The notes beneath the pieces were generated by a model. That model ran no database searches and was not told where the DNA came from. It saw only the letters and a program-made list of their open reading frames with translations. Positions 26,576 through 39,092 of a DNA stretch of 64,000 nucleotides are shown in pieces. Position numbers and translations under genes: made by a program. Numbering within the stretch: position 1 is the first letter of the stretch; each line of letters opens with the position of its first letter. Source of the DNA: Lingula anatina (taxonomy: Eukaryota; Animalia; Brachiopoda); contig CM120643.1 in the NCBI GenBank assembly GCA_051362555.1, positions 28,462,848-28,526,847 of the forward strand, read 5' to 3'.

Positions 26576-29500
26576 TACATTGTCATCATTTTCCTGGAAT
26601 AAAGCAGCTCCTATTCCTACATCACTAGCATCAACAGCAAGTTTAAATTGCCTCTCAAAATCTGGAGCTGACAAAACTGGACTACTCATAAGGATTGCCT
26701 TAATTTTCCTGAAGGACTCATCACAGTCCTTTGTCCAATTAAATATCACCCTCTTTTTTAAGAGGTTAGTAAGTGGACTAACCACAGAGGAAAAATTTGG
26801 GCAAATTTTCTGTAAAATCCTGCCATACCTAGAAATCTCATCAATTCTTTCTTGTTGGTAGGAACTGGAAACTCTGAGATGGCTTCTACTTTAGCCATGA
26901 TAGGTGTACTTAAACCCTGACCTACTCTGTGACCTAAATACTCTACGGTAGCCTGACAAAATTCACTCTTTGCCAGGTTCACAATGAGATTTGCTTTCAC
27001 CAGTATGTTGAAGAATTCACGCATAATCTGGAGATGCTCCTTCCAGGTGTCACTGTAGATAATGACATCATCAATATACCGTACTCGGATTAAGAATGTG
27101 TACATTTACCCCGTGGACCATTTGAAGATTACACTGCGATTAATGCGGTGGAAAATACAATAGAGAGAGTGTATAATGATAGGGTCGCTAAACGATTGTT
27201 GACGGCATATAGTAACTAGCCTAATCCCTTGGTCGCCTGGGTAGCCACGCCCCCTTAGAGTACTTATGTAAACAAACGGTCTCCCGTAGCGAACTATCCT
27301 TTTGTTCAACAGCTTCGCGCGTGCAGCTGATTATGTATGTAGTGACACTATAGCTAACTGCATATAAATTTGTGCTAGCTGTTATTTGATTCATTCTGCT
27401 GTGTCAGATGTTGTGGATCAGCCCACTGGTTCGTTGACTTCTGTTTTTCTGAAGATTGGTGGTTCAGATTTTGAGTGCTTAATTATGTACCCTCCTTCTA
27501 ACAAGAGAAAGGGGAAGGGAGATAAAAAGAGAGAGTGTCAAATGAAACGGGTAATGAGTAATACATTACATTAAATAAAGGGACTCGCGGTGGAAGAAAC
27601 GATAGACTGTTTTGCATCAAGGTATGCCATTATAATCCGACATGGCCCATAACATGATCCATAACATGACTCATTGTTGTATGCCTTATATTTGTGCCGA
27701 CTAATATTTTACTCTCGTTCATTTCGTGAAACTATTTCCTTAAAATAAAGTTTTGCCTGTATAAATTAACTTTGTGACATGAAGTAATTAATAAAACGCG
27801 CCTGTTGAAAAGGGGGCTTTTCGTAACTAATAAAGGTTCACTATTCAGAAAAATATCGTCGCCGTTCGTCGCCGCTACCTTCAGGAAAGCGTACCCTCCG
27901 CGTGGATCACCGGCATTTTTGATTATCTGACAAATTAGGGCAATTTACGTTTTAGCTAATAATTCTGAATTTACTAATATTTTGGACTAAATTCGATGTC
28001 AGATTCATAGCAATGACGGAGAGCCGACAGAGTAACTGTTTAATTTTCTAAACTAATCAAACTAGAACGCGTGGCGATAAAATGTGTCGCTAGATCTTGT
28101 AAACACTCAGCGAAATGCACCTAGTGACTATATTCAATGTGCCGTCACTTAATTGCTTTCTCGATTTCATTAATTGACGATAGTAATTGCAGATAACAAG
28201 GAAGAGGAAATGCTGAAGACAAAACAACGTCGGGTCTTTGTGTGACTTTCTCCCTAAACACTTTTTATGTTGCTGTCAAAGAAAAAGGAGTCTAGATAGC
28301 GATTATTTAAACCACTGCTGCTGCTTTTTCAGGTAGACTTCCTCGTTTATCATTTAAATGCTCCCCTCCCCCAGCAGACCCAACTTGATGCTTGTACGTC
28401 TTGGTAGCTATAGTACAGATCTTGGTTCAAGTAATGAAAGGTTTAAGCACAAAACGATAATTTGAGGCTATTTTTTCATTCAAGACAAAATAAAGTATCT
28501 ATGGTGTGTGACAATAGGGACTTTACAAAGCTTAATTTGTCCTTAAATATATATTCCAGTAGCATAGGCGAGCGACGTAATTGTAACCTCAACTTGAGGT
28601 ATCCTCGATGAAAGCGGAGTACAAAAATTAACTTTTTTAAATATCGATTACAACATGCTGTACAATGATATTGAGACTAAAGGGTTTAATGGACTTCTTT
28701 GCCTTAAAAGCAATTCATTTCAAAATTAAAAGAAACAGTTTTTTTCGGGGAGCGCGGGTAGACAGTTTACGTCAGGTGATTAGTTAAAGTCGAGGAGTGT
28801 TTCACTATCAAATGTGTAAATCATATATGTCATAAAACACTATAAGAAAGTTTTTTGTTACGATCTGCAACATTTGTTCATTTATATAGCAGGGCGAAGT
28901 TAAAGCCAGAGGTAAATAGAACCTAATACCGTAATCCTCCTCGTCCATTTATTTAAATCGTATCAAAACGTTTGATACACAATGTTCATTAAATTAATAA
29001 TTTTAGCGATTTATTAAAACCATATTGGTACATAAAAGTTTAAGATTAGCATAAGTTAAGCAACAACCAGTATGAAGAACAACACCCTTTTTAAATGAGG
29101 CAAGACACCCTCTTCACACTGATTATAACCTTGAGAAAGACATTATGCAACTTAAGGTAAAGGAGTTCTTTCATCTCGTGTGTGAATACAACACATTCTT
29201 TGTCACTTTTACAAGACAATGGAGGCGAGCAAGTAGAGTAATTACAATACACAATAAAAAGGACATTAGTATAGAAAGCTTACTTCGGGTCAGCCCTTTG
29301 CTTGTTCGAATGAAAGAGATACCTGTAGGCTTCACATCCCTTAAGATCACGCAGAAGTGAATGAATCATCCGTTGAAACGTGGCCGGCGAGTTCTTCATC
29401 CAGAATGGCATAACTTTGTACTGGTTCAATCCATCCGGAGTCACAAATGCTGAAATTTCTTTAGCTCTGTCAGTTAAGGGTACTTGCCAGTAACCCTTCA

Positions 29501-29834
29501 GCAAGTCAAATTTGCTGACAAATTTCGCACTGCCAATCCTATCTATGCAATCATCAATTCGTGGGATAGGATAGGAGTCTGTTTTGGTAACAGAATTTAC
29601 TTTGCTGAAATCTGTGCAAAAACGATAAGTTCCATCTGACTTTGGGACAAGAATGCATGGTGAACTCCAGTCACTACTGCTTGGTTCACTAATGTCATTT
29701 TCCAGTATATATTGAACTTCCTTTCTCAGATACCGAAGCTTTATTGGATTCAGTCTGTATGGGTGCTGTTTGATAGGCTGAGCATCCCCTACACTGACGT
29801 CATGAAGAGCAGCATTCGTCTTTTTTTGGAACAT
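26576..29834 (-). pseudogene. pol: Gypsy RT and N-terminal RNase H, split at YIDD
   Basis: PIKQHPYR, FCTDF, KFDLLKGYWQ, GCEAY|IDDVIIYS, EYLGH, RFLGMAGFYRKF, FKLAVDASDVGIGAALFQ. Confidence 0.93.
27079..29325 (-). mobile_element. Diverged, shorter member of the TA-TSD family, copy 3
   Basis: TA at 27077-27078 and 29326-29327. Removal restores GCEAYIDD. It is colinear with 16689-18335, with indels. Confidence 0.85.
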
Positions 29835-31098
29835 CAGGGAAAATATCCTGGTAGTCAGTAATCAATCGTTGAACCTCTTCTTTCTGATGACTGGTCAAAT
29901 GTTCAAGTTTCACATCAAGGTCTCTCAGGATTTCAGAATTCTTCAAATAAGCACTTTGATTAAAGTCATTTTCACTGGTGTCCACACCAATTTCATTTTC
30001 AGTACATGACTTAACATTGGTCACAGTTGAAACGGATTCTACTGACTTAAAATCACTTCTATCAACATACTTTTTCAACATGTTAACATGACACACTCGC
30101 TTTTCTTTTCGCCTGCCTGGTGTCTTAACTACATAGTTAACATCACTAATCTTGCTTTCAATTTCGTAAGGGCCAAAATATCTGGCTTGTAAAGATTGAC
30201 CATTGAGAGGTAAAAATACCAGTACTTTTTCACCTGGTTTGAACTCTCTGTTCCTAGCATCTTTATCATACCATGTTTTTATTTTTGCTTGAGAACCCTT
30301 GAGATTTTCTTGAGCTAATTTACAAGCACTGAATAATCTTTCTTTGAAAGTAGACACATAGTCTAAAAGATTGAGATCACTAGTCTCAGTCAACCATTTC
30401 TCCTTCAATAATTTCAATGGTCCCCTGACAGTATGACCAAACACTAATTCAAAGGGACTGAACCCCAGGGACTCCTGCACAGCTTCTCGTGCAGCAAACA
30501 ACAAAAGGTGAACCCCTTCATCCTAGTCCTTTTCATCCTGGTAACAATGTGTTTTTACCATGGTTTTGAGGGTCTGGTGAAAACGCTCCAGTGCACCTTG
30601 AGACTCAGGGTGGTAAGCAGAAGACTTGTACTGCCTAATACCTAATTCATGCATGACCTGCTGAAACAACCCTGACATAAAGTTTGAGCCCTGGTCTGAC
30701 TGAATAGCCTTGGGGATACCTACAAAACAGAAAAAATTAGCAAGGGCCTTGACTATGGTCTTTGCTTTAATATTCCTCAGAGGTATAGCTTCAGGGAACC
30801 GAGTGGAGGTACACATTATGGTAAGTAAATACTGATTCCCTGACCTAGTTTCAGGCAAAGGTCCTACACAATCAACTAACACCCTACTAAAAGGTTTCTC
30901 AAAGGCTGGAATGGGTTGCAGGGGAAAAGATGGTATTTTCTGATTTGGTTTTCCTACCATCTGACATACATGACAAGACTTGCAAAACTCAGACACATCC
31001 TTTCTCAACTTTGGCCAATAAAAATGACTCAAAATTTTGATACAGGTCTTATTTACACCTAAATGACCTGCCATAGGGGTGTCGTGAGCTAAACTCAT
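29800..31098 (-). pseudogene. pol: Gypsy integrase upstream of RT
   Basis: HDTPMAGHLG...CKSCHVCQ zinc finger, VDCVGPLP, SDQGSNF, ESQGALERFH, GFSPFELVFG, GPY motif; one stop near 30523. Confidence 0.93.
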
Positions 31099-33195
31099 TG
31101 CGATATACTACAGGAACCACTACCTGATGAATAATACGCCACACCTCGTCAGGTGATGCATCAGGTGGACGCCATTTTCGCATAAGGATGCTGTCTTTAA
31201 GGTAAAAACACTCTCCGACTTTTGCTGTTTCTTCCATTGGAAGAGCTCTTTTAGTAAGTCTGACAATATCTGGATCTTTACTTTGTTCCAACAGTAACTG
31301 TTCACGACTGAGGGTGTCCTTACCCTTGTTAAATGACAAATCAGACTCAACACTAGATGCCTTCAGAGACGCATCAATGTCAACTGGCACTTTGGTTTCA
31401 TATGACTCTACAGGTAAACTGTCATCAATGGTTGTCATAAACGTTTCACTAAGTGAAATTTCTTTAAGTGGATCAGCTTTATCCACTACTAGAGTACCAT
31501 CAGCCTCAGCCTTTTGTTTTGAAGCCATTGCCCTCGTAACAACACAGGCTGGGTACAAGTCGTCTTCCTCATCATCAGAAACGACATCAGAAATTGTTTT
31601 CTCACAAACAATGGGATCAGGTATCACTTTACCACCTGCTAAATCGTTGCCTAGCAACAAGGAAATGCCTTGAATGGGAAGAGTAGGTCGAAAACCTACA
31701 ATAACTGGTCCAGTAGCTAAATCTGACTTCAGATAAACTCTGTGAAGGGGAACATCAATGACACCTAGCTCAACACCCTGTAATAAAACTGAACTACCAA
31801 TAGACTTCTCCTCAGACAAAGGCAACACGCCCTCTAACAGCAGAGTCTGGGCAGCTCCAGTATCTCTCAAAATCTGAACAGGTAAAGCTTTGCTGGAATC
31901 ACTGAGTGAAACAAATCCCTGAGACAAAAAGGGCTTATACTTATAATGATCCTCCACAGAATCAACAAAACTGGACTTTGAATCCTGGACATCAGGAGTG
32001 TCAGCACGTAACAAATCTAAGGCTTTCCTACCATTTCTTAAAGCTGCACAGGCATTTGTCTGTCGCTTTCGAAGGTCATTTTTCATCTTAGGTTTGATAC
32101 ATTCACCAATGAGATGACCCTTTTTCTTGCTGTAATTGCAAGTTGGGGATGACCCTACAGTTTGAGGTGACTCAAAACGACCCGGCTGTGGGGTTGTGGA
32201 ACCACTGTAATGTGGTGACTTGGGACAGAGAATATTGTTTTTGGGAGACTGGATGGGAGACTGAGATCTACATGTAGGTACAAAGTTTTTGTTATGGGTT
32301 AGTGCGTATGAATCTGAAATAACTGCTGCTTGCTCAAGAGTTTCAACATTCTTGTCTTCTAAATGGATTTTTAGATCTTGGGAAACACATTCCTTAAACT
32401 CTTCTACTAGAATAAGTTGACGTAAATTTGCAAAATTCTTTTCACACTTTTTGGATCTAAACCACTTATCAAATAAGTCTTCTTTCTCTCTAGCAAATTC
32501 TCCGTAGGTCTGAGTTTCTATTTTCTTCTGTTTCCTAAATTTTTGTCTGTAAGCTTCTGGAACCAATTCATATGCCTTTAAAATAGCCGATTTCACCTTT
32601 TCATGATCTGAGCTTTCTGCTAAACTGAGAGCTGAATACACCTCAGCAGCTTTCCCTACCAAAACACTTTTTAAAAGTGTGGGCCATACTTCAAACGGCC
32701 ATTGGAGATGTTCTTCTATTTTTTCAAATTGTGGGAAAAATTTATCAACTGATTTTTCTTGGAATAATGTTCTTTGCCGCATCAAATTCATACCTGACAT
32801 GTGAAGTTGATCTTTCACTGTGCTCTAATCTTAGTTTTTCCAACTGAAACTGCCTATCTTTATCTCTTTCTTCTCTTTCTAACCTTTCTTTTTCTAACTG
32901 AAACTGTCTATCTATTCTTAACTTCTCCAGTTCAAATTCATACTCTGAAATGTTGGTTTCTGCCTTAACTATTGGCGGTAAATCATTAGACTTAAATATT
33001 TGTTCATCTACAAGTTTCTTCACTACTATTCCTCTAATCTCTTGTTTTTTCATGGATGATTTCACAACTAAATTGAAATGTAAAGCTATGGCAACTAACT
33101 CATCTTTTTTTCAAAGCTTCAAAGTCTGCCACCGTAGGAGATTGGAGAAATTCGGTGCATGGTGGAATTGATTTCTGCTGGCTACTGTAGTAAAT
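31049..33195 (-). pseudogene. gag: Gypsy gag (SCAN-like capsid, degenerate knuckle) and aspartic protease, frameshifted
   Basis: 'LKAYELVPEAYRQKFR', 'LILVEEFK', CNYxxxxGHxxxxC, 'ILRDTGAAQTLL'. Confidence 0.9.
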
Positions 33196-33232
33196 TCGCA
33201 CACAAAAATTGCTACCGATAAGAAAATCTAAA

Positions 33233-33250
33233 TTCCCGGACGAGCCCCCA
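33233..33250 (-). promoter_or_regulatory. Primer-binding site, tRNA-Pro
   Basis: Minus strand reads TGGGGGCTCGTCCGGGAA, 4 nt after the LTR, matching the canonical tRNA-Pro PBS TGGGGGCTCGTCCGGGAT. Confidence 0.9.
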
Positions 33251-33254
33251 ATTC

Positions 33255-33708
33255 TGTTACGGGTCAGAGTACCCAATGCCAGCAAAAATCAATGACAAAA
33301 GATTTAAAGAAGTTTTAATTTTTTTATTAAAACTAAATAAACTAATGACAATAATAATAAGCTATTCTTAATACACAAATAAACCTATCTGAAAGCATGA
33401 AGTGTCCTGTGTGAAAGTCCGATGTGTATCCGTCGACTGGAGAGTGAATGGAGACAAATCGGCTCAAAGTTCAGTGAAAGTGTCCGATGAAATCCCACAG
33501 TAATTACGATGCAAGTTCCAGTAGAAAATATGAGTGTCGGTTCAATGGTAAATAGGTTCCAAAAAAAATATTCTCCTTCAAAAGTCCCAAAACAAAAAAA
33601 CAGTCTCCTATCCGTTCATACTCCAGCGTCTGTCTAAACTAACGCTCTCGAGATATTCATGCTCTCGCGATATGGTGACGTCATAAGCTGACCTACTTAT
33701 ACACAGTA
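33255..33708 (-). repeat. 5' LTR of the Gypsy element (~454 bp)
   Basis: It duplicates 26219-26575. The outer end is placed from the ctcta TSD, and that terminus is non-canonical. Confidence 0.78.
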
Positions 33709-35764
33709 CTCTATCAATACATATATGTTTGCAGGAAATTTAAAAAAAAAAAGCCTCATTTACCTACAAGATAAAGGGAAATTTGGAAGAAAGATGATGC
33801 CTTTTTCGAATTTGCTGCAAATTTGCAAGGATGTGAAAAAAAAAGATAACTTACAATATGCAAAAAGCTTGCAAGCGACAGACTGTTAGAACAGGCTTTT
33901 GGAATAACTGACGCTATCTCAACGAATCGAACCACTCAGTATAAATAATGTGTAATCAAGTCTTTTCGTACATCATTTTGACACGGTGGAATTAATAAAT
34001 GGATCATGGGTTTGATAAAATGATGACCTAATTAAACAAATTGCGTCTCTGTTACAAAATAGCATATTGCTTGCCTCCACTGCCTGGGTCAGAGTTAGAG
34101 AGGTCGTATAATCAAACACGTTTTATTACTCTTACTGGCAGCTTCATGTTTCCCTAAGCATTATACAGGTATCAATAACTGTTTCAAGCGGTAGGATGGT
34201 ATCAATATACATTTGATCTAAATAAAGGCTCAGGAGACGGATTTTGCTATGTTAGTTTTGGATATTAATCCACATTTCCACAAGTTTTGATGATATGATG
34301 ATAATATAAAGAATATTGTGTATCAAGTACAGAAAAAAAGAAAGCTTGCCTTCAATATCAGGATTATTTTTAGAGAGGTTGTGAACAAATTCAATTTCCA
34401 TTAGTCTTACTGGATGCTTAATATTTTCCTTATATACTGGTACATGTGTATCCATTACCATTTAAATTTAAAACAACAGGGCTTCATCAATGCACAGTTG
34501 AAATGATGCTCAAAATATACTAAAAATACACAATAATGCCTAGGAGACGTAGTCTGTATGTTAATTCCCGATGTTAATTCAACACTCCTCATGTCATCAA
34601 TTCATACACACAAACTTAGATAAGGACATCTATACCAACAACTTGTCGCTCAGGAGGAACGTAAAATGTTTGTTCTCAATTATTCTCTTAAACTCATTGG
34701 GGGATAGTGGTTATACGTCTTCTACACAATATTCAAGTTAGATATTCCTCACAAAGCTTTCAGTTTTCGGTCACATCCTGGACATCCTCAGAGTAGAAAG
34801 CTTCAATGCTGAGTAGAACATGGTATATTTTATGTTCGATATTACTAGACAGCAAGGATGGATTTCATCAGAATATCGGAGGGTCGTGATAGAAAAGAGG
34901 GGACGGGGCATTAATGTCCTCGCAACGTGGTCAAATGTTAGATGATGTTAAAACAGCAGATACTCATGAAGCCAAATCAATTATTAATGTTTCACGATGG
35001 GAGAAAATCGAAGCATTTAAATGGCACTGCTTGAAAAATCGCCTTTTATCACCTTTCATTTATCTACAAAATGTTATCGAAAGATTATCCCTCATCTTTC
35101 ATCATCCTTTCCTGACGAAAAGGTCATCTTACCTTTCATTTGTAAAAGGTCACCTTTTTATCAACTTTTACCTCTCGGAAAGACCATCATTCACATTTTA
35201 ACTTTCAGTTTTCAAAAGTTCAACTATCACCTTTTATAGTGCGAAAGGCCACCTTACATTCCAGCTTTTGTTTACTGGAAAGGTCACATTTTGTTTATCT
35301 TTTATTTTCTGAAAGCTTCGCGTGATCATCTTTTGTCTGTACTATTTATTACATAATTCCGTATCTTACATTAAGCGCAGTATGGGAAAAGGGAATACTT
35401 TTGCAAATTGTTTGCATGATGAAATGTTTTGCAGTTTGATTAAAGTATTTAACAGATACAATGAATGCGGTGATTTGCATTTCGGAGAAATAATTATGCA
35501 ATCTTGCATTGGCTGGAGTTTATGTATAAATGTATAGCATTCAGTGCAGTGGAAGAAGTGTTCACCGCCTTTCACTTGAGGTAGACATATAATTTTGACA
35601 CTTTAAACGACAAACAACTTTCAGAATCGAAAGTAACTTATATTTTTATTCCAATATTTTCATGGTTTAAATACAGTAAATAAAAATTTTATATGTCGGG
35701 GTCACATCTCCATATTTGCCTAGATAATTCCTTTCACAGGAAATGATCTCCATTGCAATGACAG

Positions 35765-36230
35765 GATTGTCAGGATTTTTGCATTGACTGCACCAAGTCA
35801 AAAAAGTGTTTGAGGTCACCTCTCCATGATTTGCCAGGCTAAAGGCTTGTCTCTAAACAGAAAACCACCCCTCCTCGACAAAAAAGATAATAGGAACTCT
35901 CGTCACTAACTTTGTTATTGTCAGTAATGTCAGGATTTTAGCATTGATTGCACCAAGTCAAAATAATGTTTGAGGTCACCTCTCCATAATTTGCCTGGCT
36001 AGAGGATTGTCTTTAAACAGAAAACCACCCCTCCTTGACAAAAAAGGTTATAGGATCTCTCATCACTAACTTTGCAGTTATGACGGTATTATTTATTGAT
36101 TGTAGCAACTCAAACAAACAAAAAAATAATAATAATGATAATTACAATAAGTGTCAGAGGTCACCTCTCCATAGTTTGCCTGACCAGGGGATCGTTTCTA
36201 AGGAGAAAACCACTCTAAAATTGTTATGAT
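35765..36230. repeat. ~160-bp direct repeat, 2 copies plus a partial third
   Basis: gtcaggattttt/agcattga..caccaagtcaaaa...gaggtcacctctcca...aaacagaaaaccacccctcc repeats at ~35769 and ~35929; gaggtcacctctcca recurs at ~36158. Confidence 0.75.
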
Positions 36231-38199
36231 GTGTTTTAGACTCCAGAGATCAAGTTTTACCTTTTGCATAATCCCTAATAGTAAGTGACCTGGGCATGAT
36301 GGAAATATTTAACCGAAGTTAGATAGGTAGTAATTAGCTATGCAATTTGAAATTGTTTATATTGGAACTGGCAATATTACTGACAGACTGTTACTGTTTG
36401 CATATCCTTAATTCATTTTGCTTAAACTGCTGTAGTTAATCTAAATATCAGAGGGAAATTATCAACCACAAATGACTGTTTACTTATTCTCTTCCTCAGA
36501 GCGAGTCAGTCTCCCCTTTACCATTTTAGCATGTTTCAGTCCATAAATCTGACAGAGAGGGGGTCTGAGGTAAACACAATGAGGTTATACATGTAGGTTA
36601 ACAATTTCTATTGTAGCTGCCGATTGGGAATTCATGTATAACAGGAGCACAGGAACGCAGCCTTCTTTTAGATGTTCATCTCTTTTCTTTTGGCGACAGG
36701 CACTCCTTTTTCATCCTTGTGACGCCCCATTCCTTTATAAAAGAAAAGACATATTAGACATGACCAAAACACATGACAATATTTTTCTGAGAGCTTTCTT
36801 TTCAATAATGTGCAGCTGCATTTACAGACTGATATGTATGTGTCCTACATTAAAGTGCTGTTTTAATGTCATTTTCGGTTGTATAAGACGAATCCATCCC
36901 CTTTCATATTAAAACACCCCCCCCCCCTTGTAATCCAACACATGGGAATGCCTGTATAACAGGTACCCTCTCAAATCAAATGTTTCCCTGTAATTTCCAC
37001 AGATGAAACGTCTATTAAATTGAAAAGGTACCATCAAATGTCACCAAATTTACAAAAAATTAGCATTGGGATGTGATTGTTAAAGGTCACCTGCCTAATA
37101 GCGTGTCTGTCTACCGCATACTGCAATTATTTCCTGTATGTAGCGCGACAAGCCTTTCACAAGGGTTACAATTCTGTTTTGTGGGATACTGTCCATCTTC
37201 TTAAACAGCTTGGGAAGTTGGTCAACGTATTTATGGGGCTGGTTCTCCTCTGCATTGCACACTCCAGTTCATGTCACAGTTGATTAGTAAAGTTAATATT
37301 AGGGCTCAAAGATGTTGGTTCAATCCTAATAGCATTGTGTTTCTGCAAGAAATCACTTGCCAGGCGAGAGATGTGAGTAAGTGTGCAGTCATGATGATGC
37401 CTGGAGTTAACCTCAAAGTCAGTTCTTGAAGATGGAGTGAGATATCAGATGAGAATGCTACGTTCAGTGATACCGCAGGCACCTGAACCTGGTCATCCAT
37501 CACTGAAAGGAAGTCGGTTTTGATGCAGAATCAAGTTATTTCTTGTATCCCGTGGATGGTCAAATGAGGGTCCTTAGACATGTTGAAATATGCCTCTTGG
37601 AAGGATTTGCGCAGTGTTAGAGCAGTCCGCATTTGAAGAGCATTCCATTGGTTTTAGTACATTAATAATGTTCATTTTTGGAACAAAGCGTAACTGGGGC
37701 ATTTTACTGTAAAATTATCAGCAGAAATCTCACTCCATTTGCAAGAGGTGACTTCAGAGATGCTACCAGCTTCATTGTGACAAAGCACTTGCTCACAGCT
37801 CTCGTCTGGCAACATTATTGAAATAAAGAAGCCGTTGGGATATTTCAATGATTTACCTAATCGTTAATTAAATAAAATCTATGTGTACCGTTGTACACTT
37901 ACATCATTTCTTGGGTTTGTCTTGTTACCTGCGTACGTGGCACGCATTCACCACTATTGAAGAGAAAGCAACGCACGGCGAAAGTAGTTCCATTTTGCTC
38001 CACACTTGCCTCACACACTTGTGATGACGTACTAACCGCGTACGTCAGTTTTGCCTACTGTTCTCCCCTTCTTTCTTCTTCTTTCTCCCTTCTTTCCTGC
38101 TCTCTACGCTTTTTTATTTTCTTGCCCTTTGAAGGCATATTAGAATCTGAATTAAGCAAAATTCTAAATTTTTAAAACTTGTTGCACATGTTGCACGAT

Positions 38200-38590
38200 C
38201 TTCGTCAATTTTCGAGACACAACCGTGCGTCGTGAGAACACCTTTTATTCTCCTGGCGTAGGGGTGACGCACGTGCAACGCACTTCCGCGGTGCTTTCGG
38301 CTTTGATCGTTAGTTGTGAGGGCGTGCGCCGCACTCAACACGCAAAAGGCACTTGCCCCTTCATTGCTTGCGACGTGCGTCTTGGACCACGCACGTCTCA
38401 CTTGCGAACTCCTTGCGAGTGAAGTCAGGTACGTTTGCGGCCTCGCTGCTCGCAGATTCTTCGTAGAATCTTCTGCCCAACTTCCTCCGTACATGCATAC
38501 GGGCTGTCTGCGAACTGCTCGTGAGATTCTGAGCAAAATTTGGACGCAAACAGGCCGCAAGAGCCCGTGCGGCCGGTTGTGACCGAGGCT
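38200..38590. mobile_element. Orphan right end of a Harbinger-type element
   Basis: CpG-rich subterminal motifs end ...gttgtgaccgaggct followed by TAA, similar to the gtgtgacccagcct+TAA end at 2580. No left TIR was found. Confidence 0.5.
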
Positions 38591-38855
38591 TAATATCTAT
38601 CCAACTGTTGCCTTTAATTAACACATGCATTACAGTTTTAAAAAAATATGATGACCTAATTTTAAAACGGCCTTTGTAAATAATACAAAATAACAGACAG
38701 CTTGCCTTCAGTACCTGGTTCAAAGTTGGAGAGGTCGCAAACAAACAAATTTTCAATCAGGCTTACTGGTAGTTTCATATTTTCCGAATACTTTATACTA
38801 GCGGCCATTATCGTTTCTAGATGAAAGGCTGAGGAGGCGAATTGTATCAAATAAC

Positions 38856-39092
38856 TTGGAGGAGAAGGAGTTAGGGAGGAGGAGTCAGGGAGGAGGAAGA
38901 GGAGGGAGGGAGGGTTTACTTCCTCTTCCCTACATCTCCTCCTCCTCCTCCTGCTCATCTTCTTGGAGGAGGGTGAAGAGTAAATGGAGAGTTGTAGGGA
39001 AGAACAAGATGATGAGGAGGAGGAGGTGTAGGGAAGAGGAAGTAAACCCTCCCTCCCTCCTCCTCCTCCTCCTTAACTCCTCCTCCTCCAAG
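38856..39092. repeat. GGA/TCC-rich imperfect inverted repeat
   Basis: cttggagga...gagggagggtttacttcctcttccctaca mirrors tgtagggaagaggaagtaaaccctccctccc...ctccaag. Confidence 0.8.

Larger units (their letters stand above)
26219..33708 (-). mobile_element. Gypsy LTR retrotransposon, Gmr1-like (gag-PR-IN-RT-RH)
   Basis: Two LTR copies start tgttacgggtcagagtacc (26219 and 33255). PBS is present and ctcta flanks both ends (26214-26218, 33709-33713). The ORFs give the domain order. Confidence 0.92.

Noticed and set aside
35025-35551. CACTG...CAGTG EnSpm-like MITE
   Set aside because: Only ~6 bp of terminal match and the flanks differ (gg vs ga). It is possible but not supportable.
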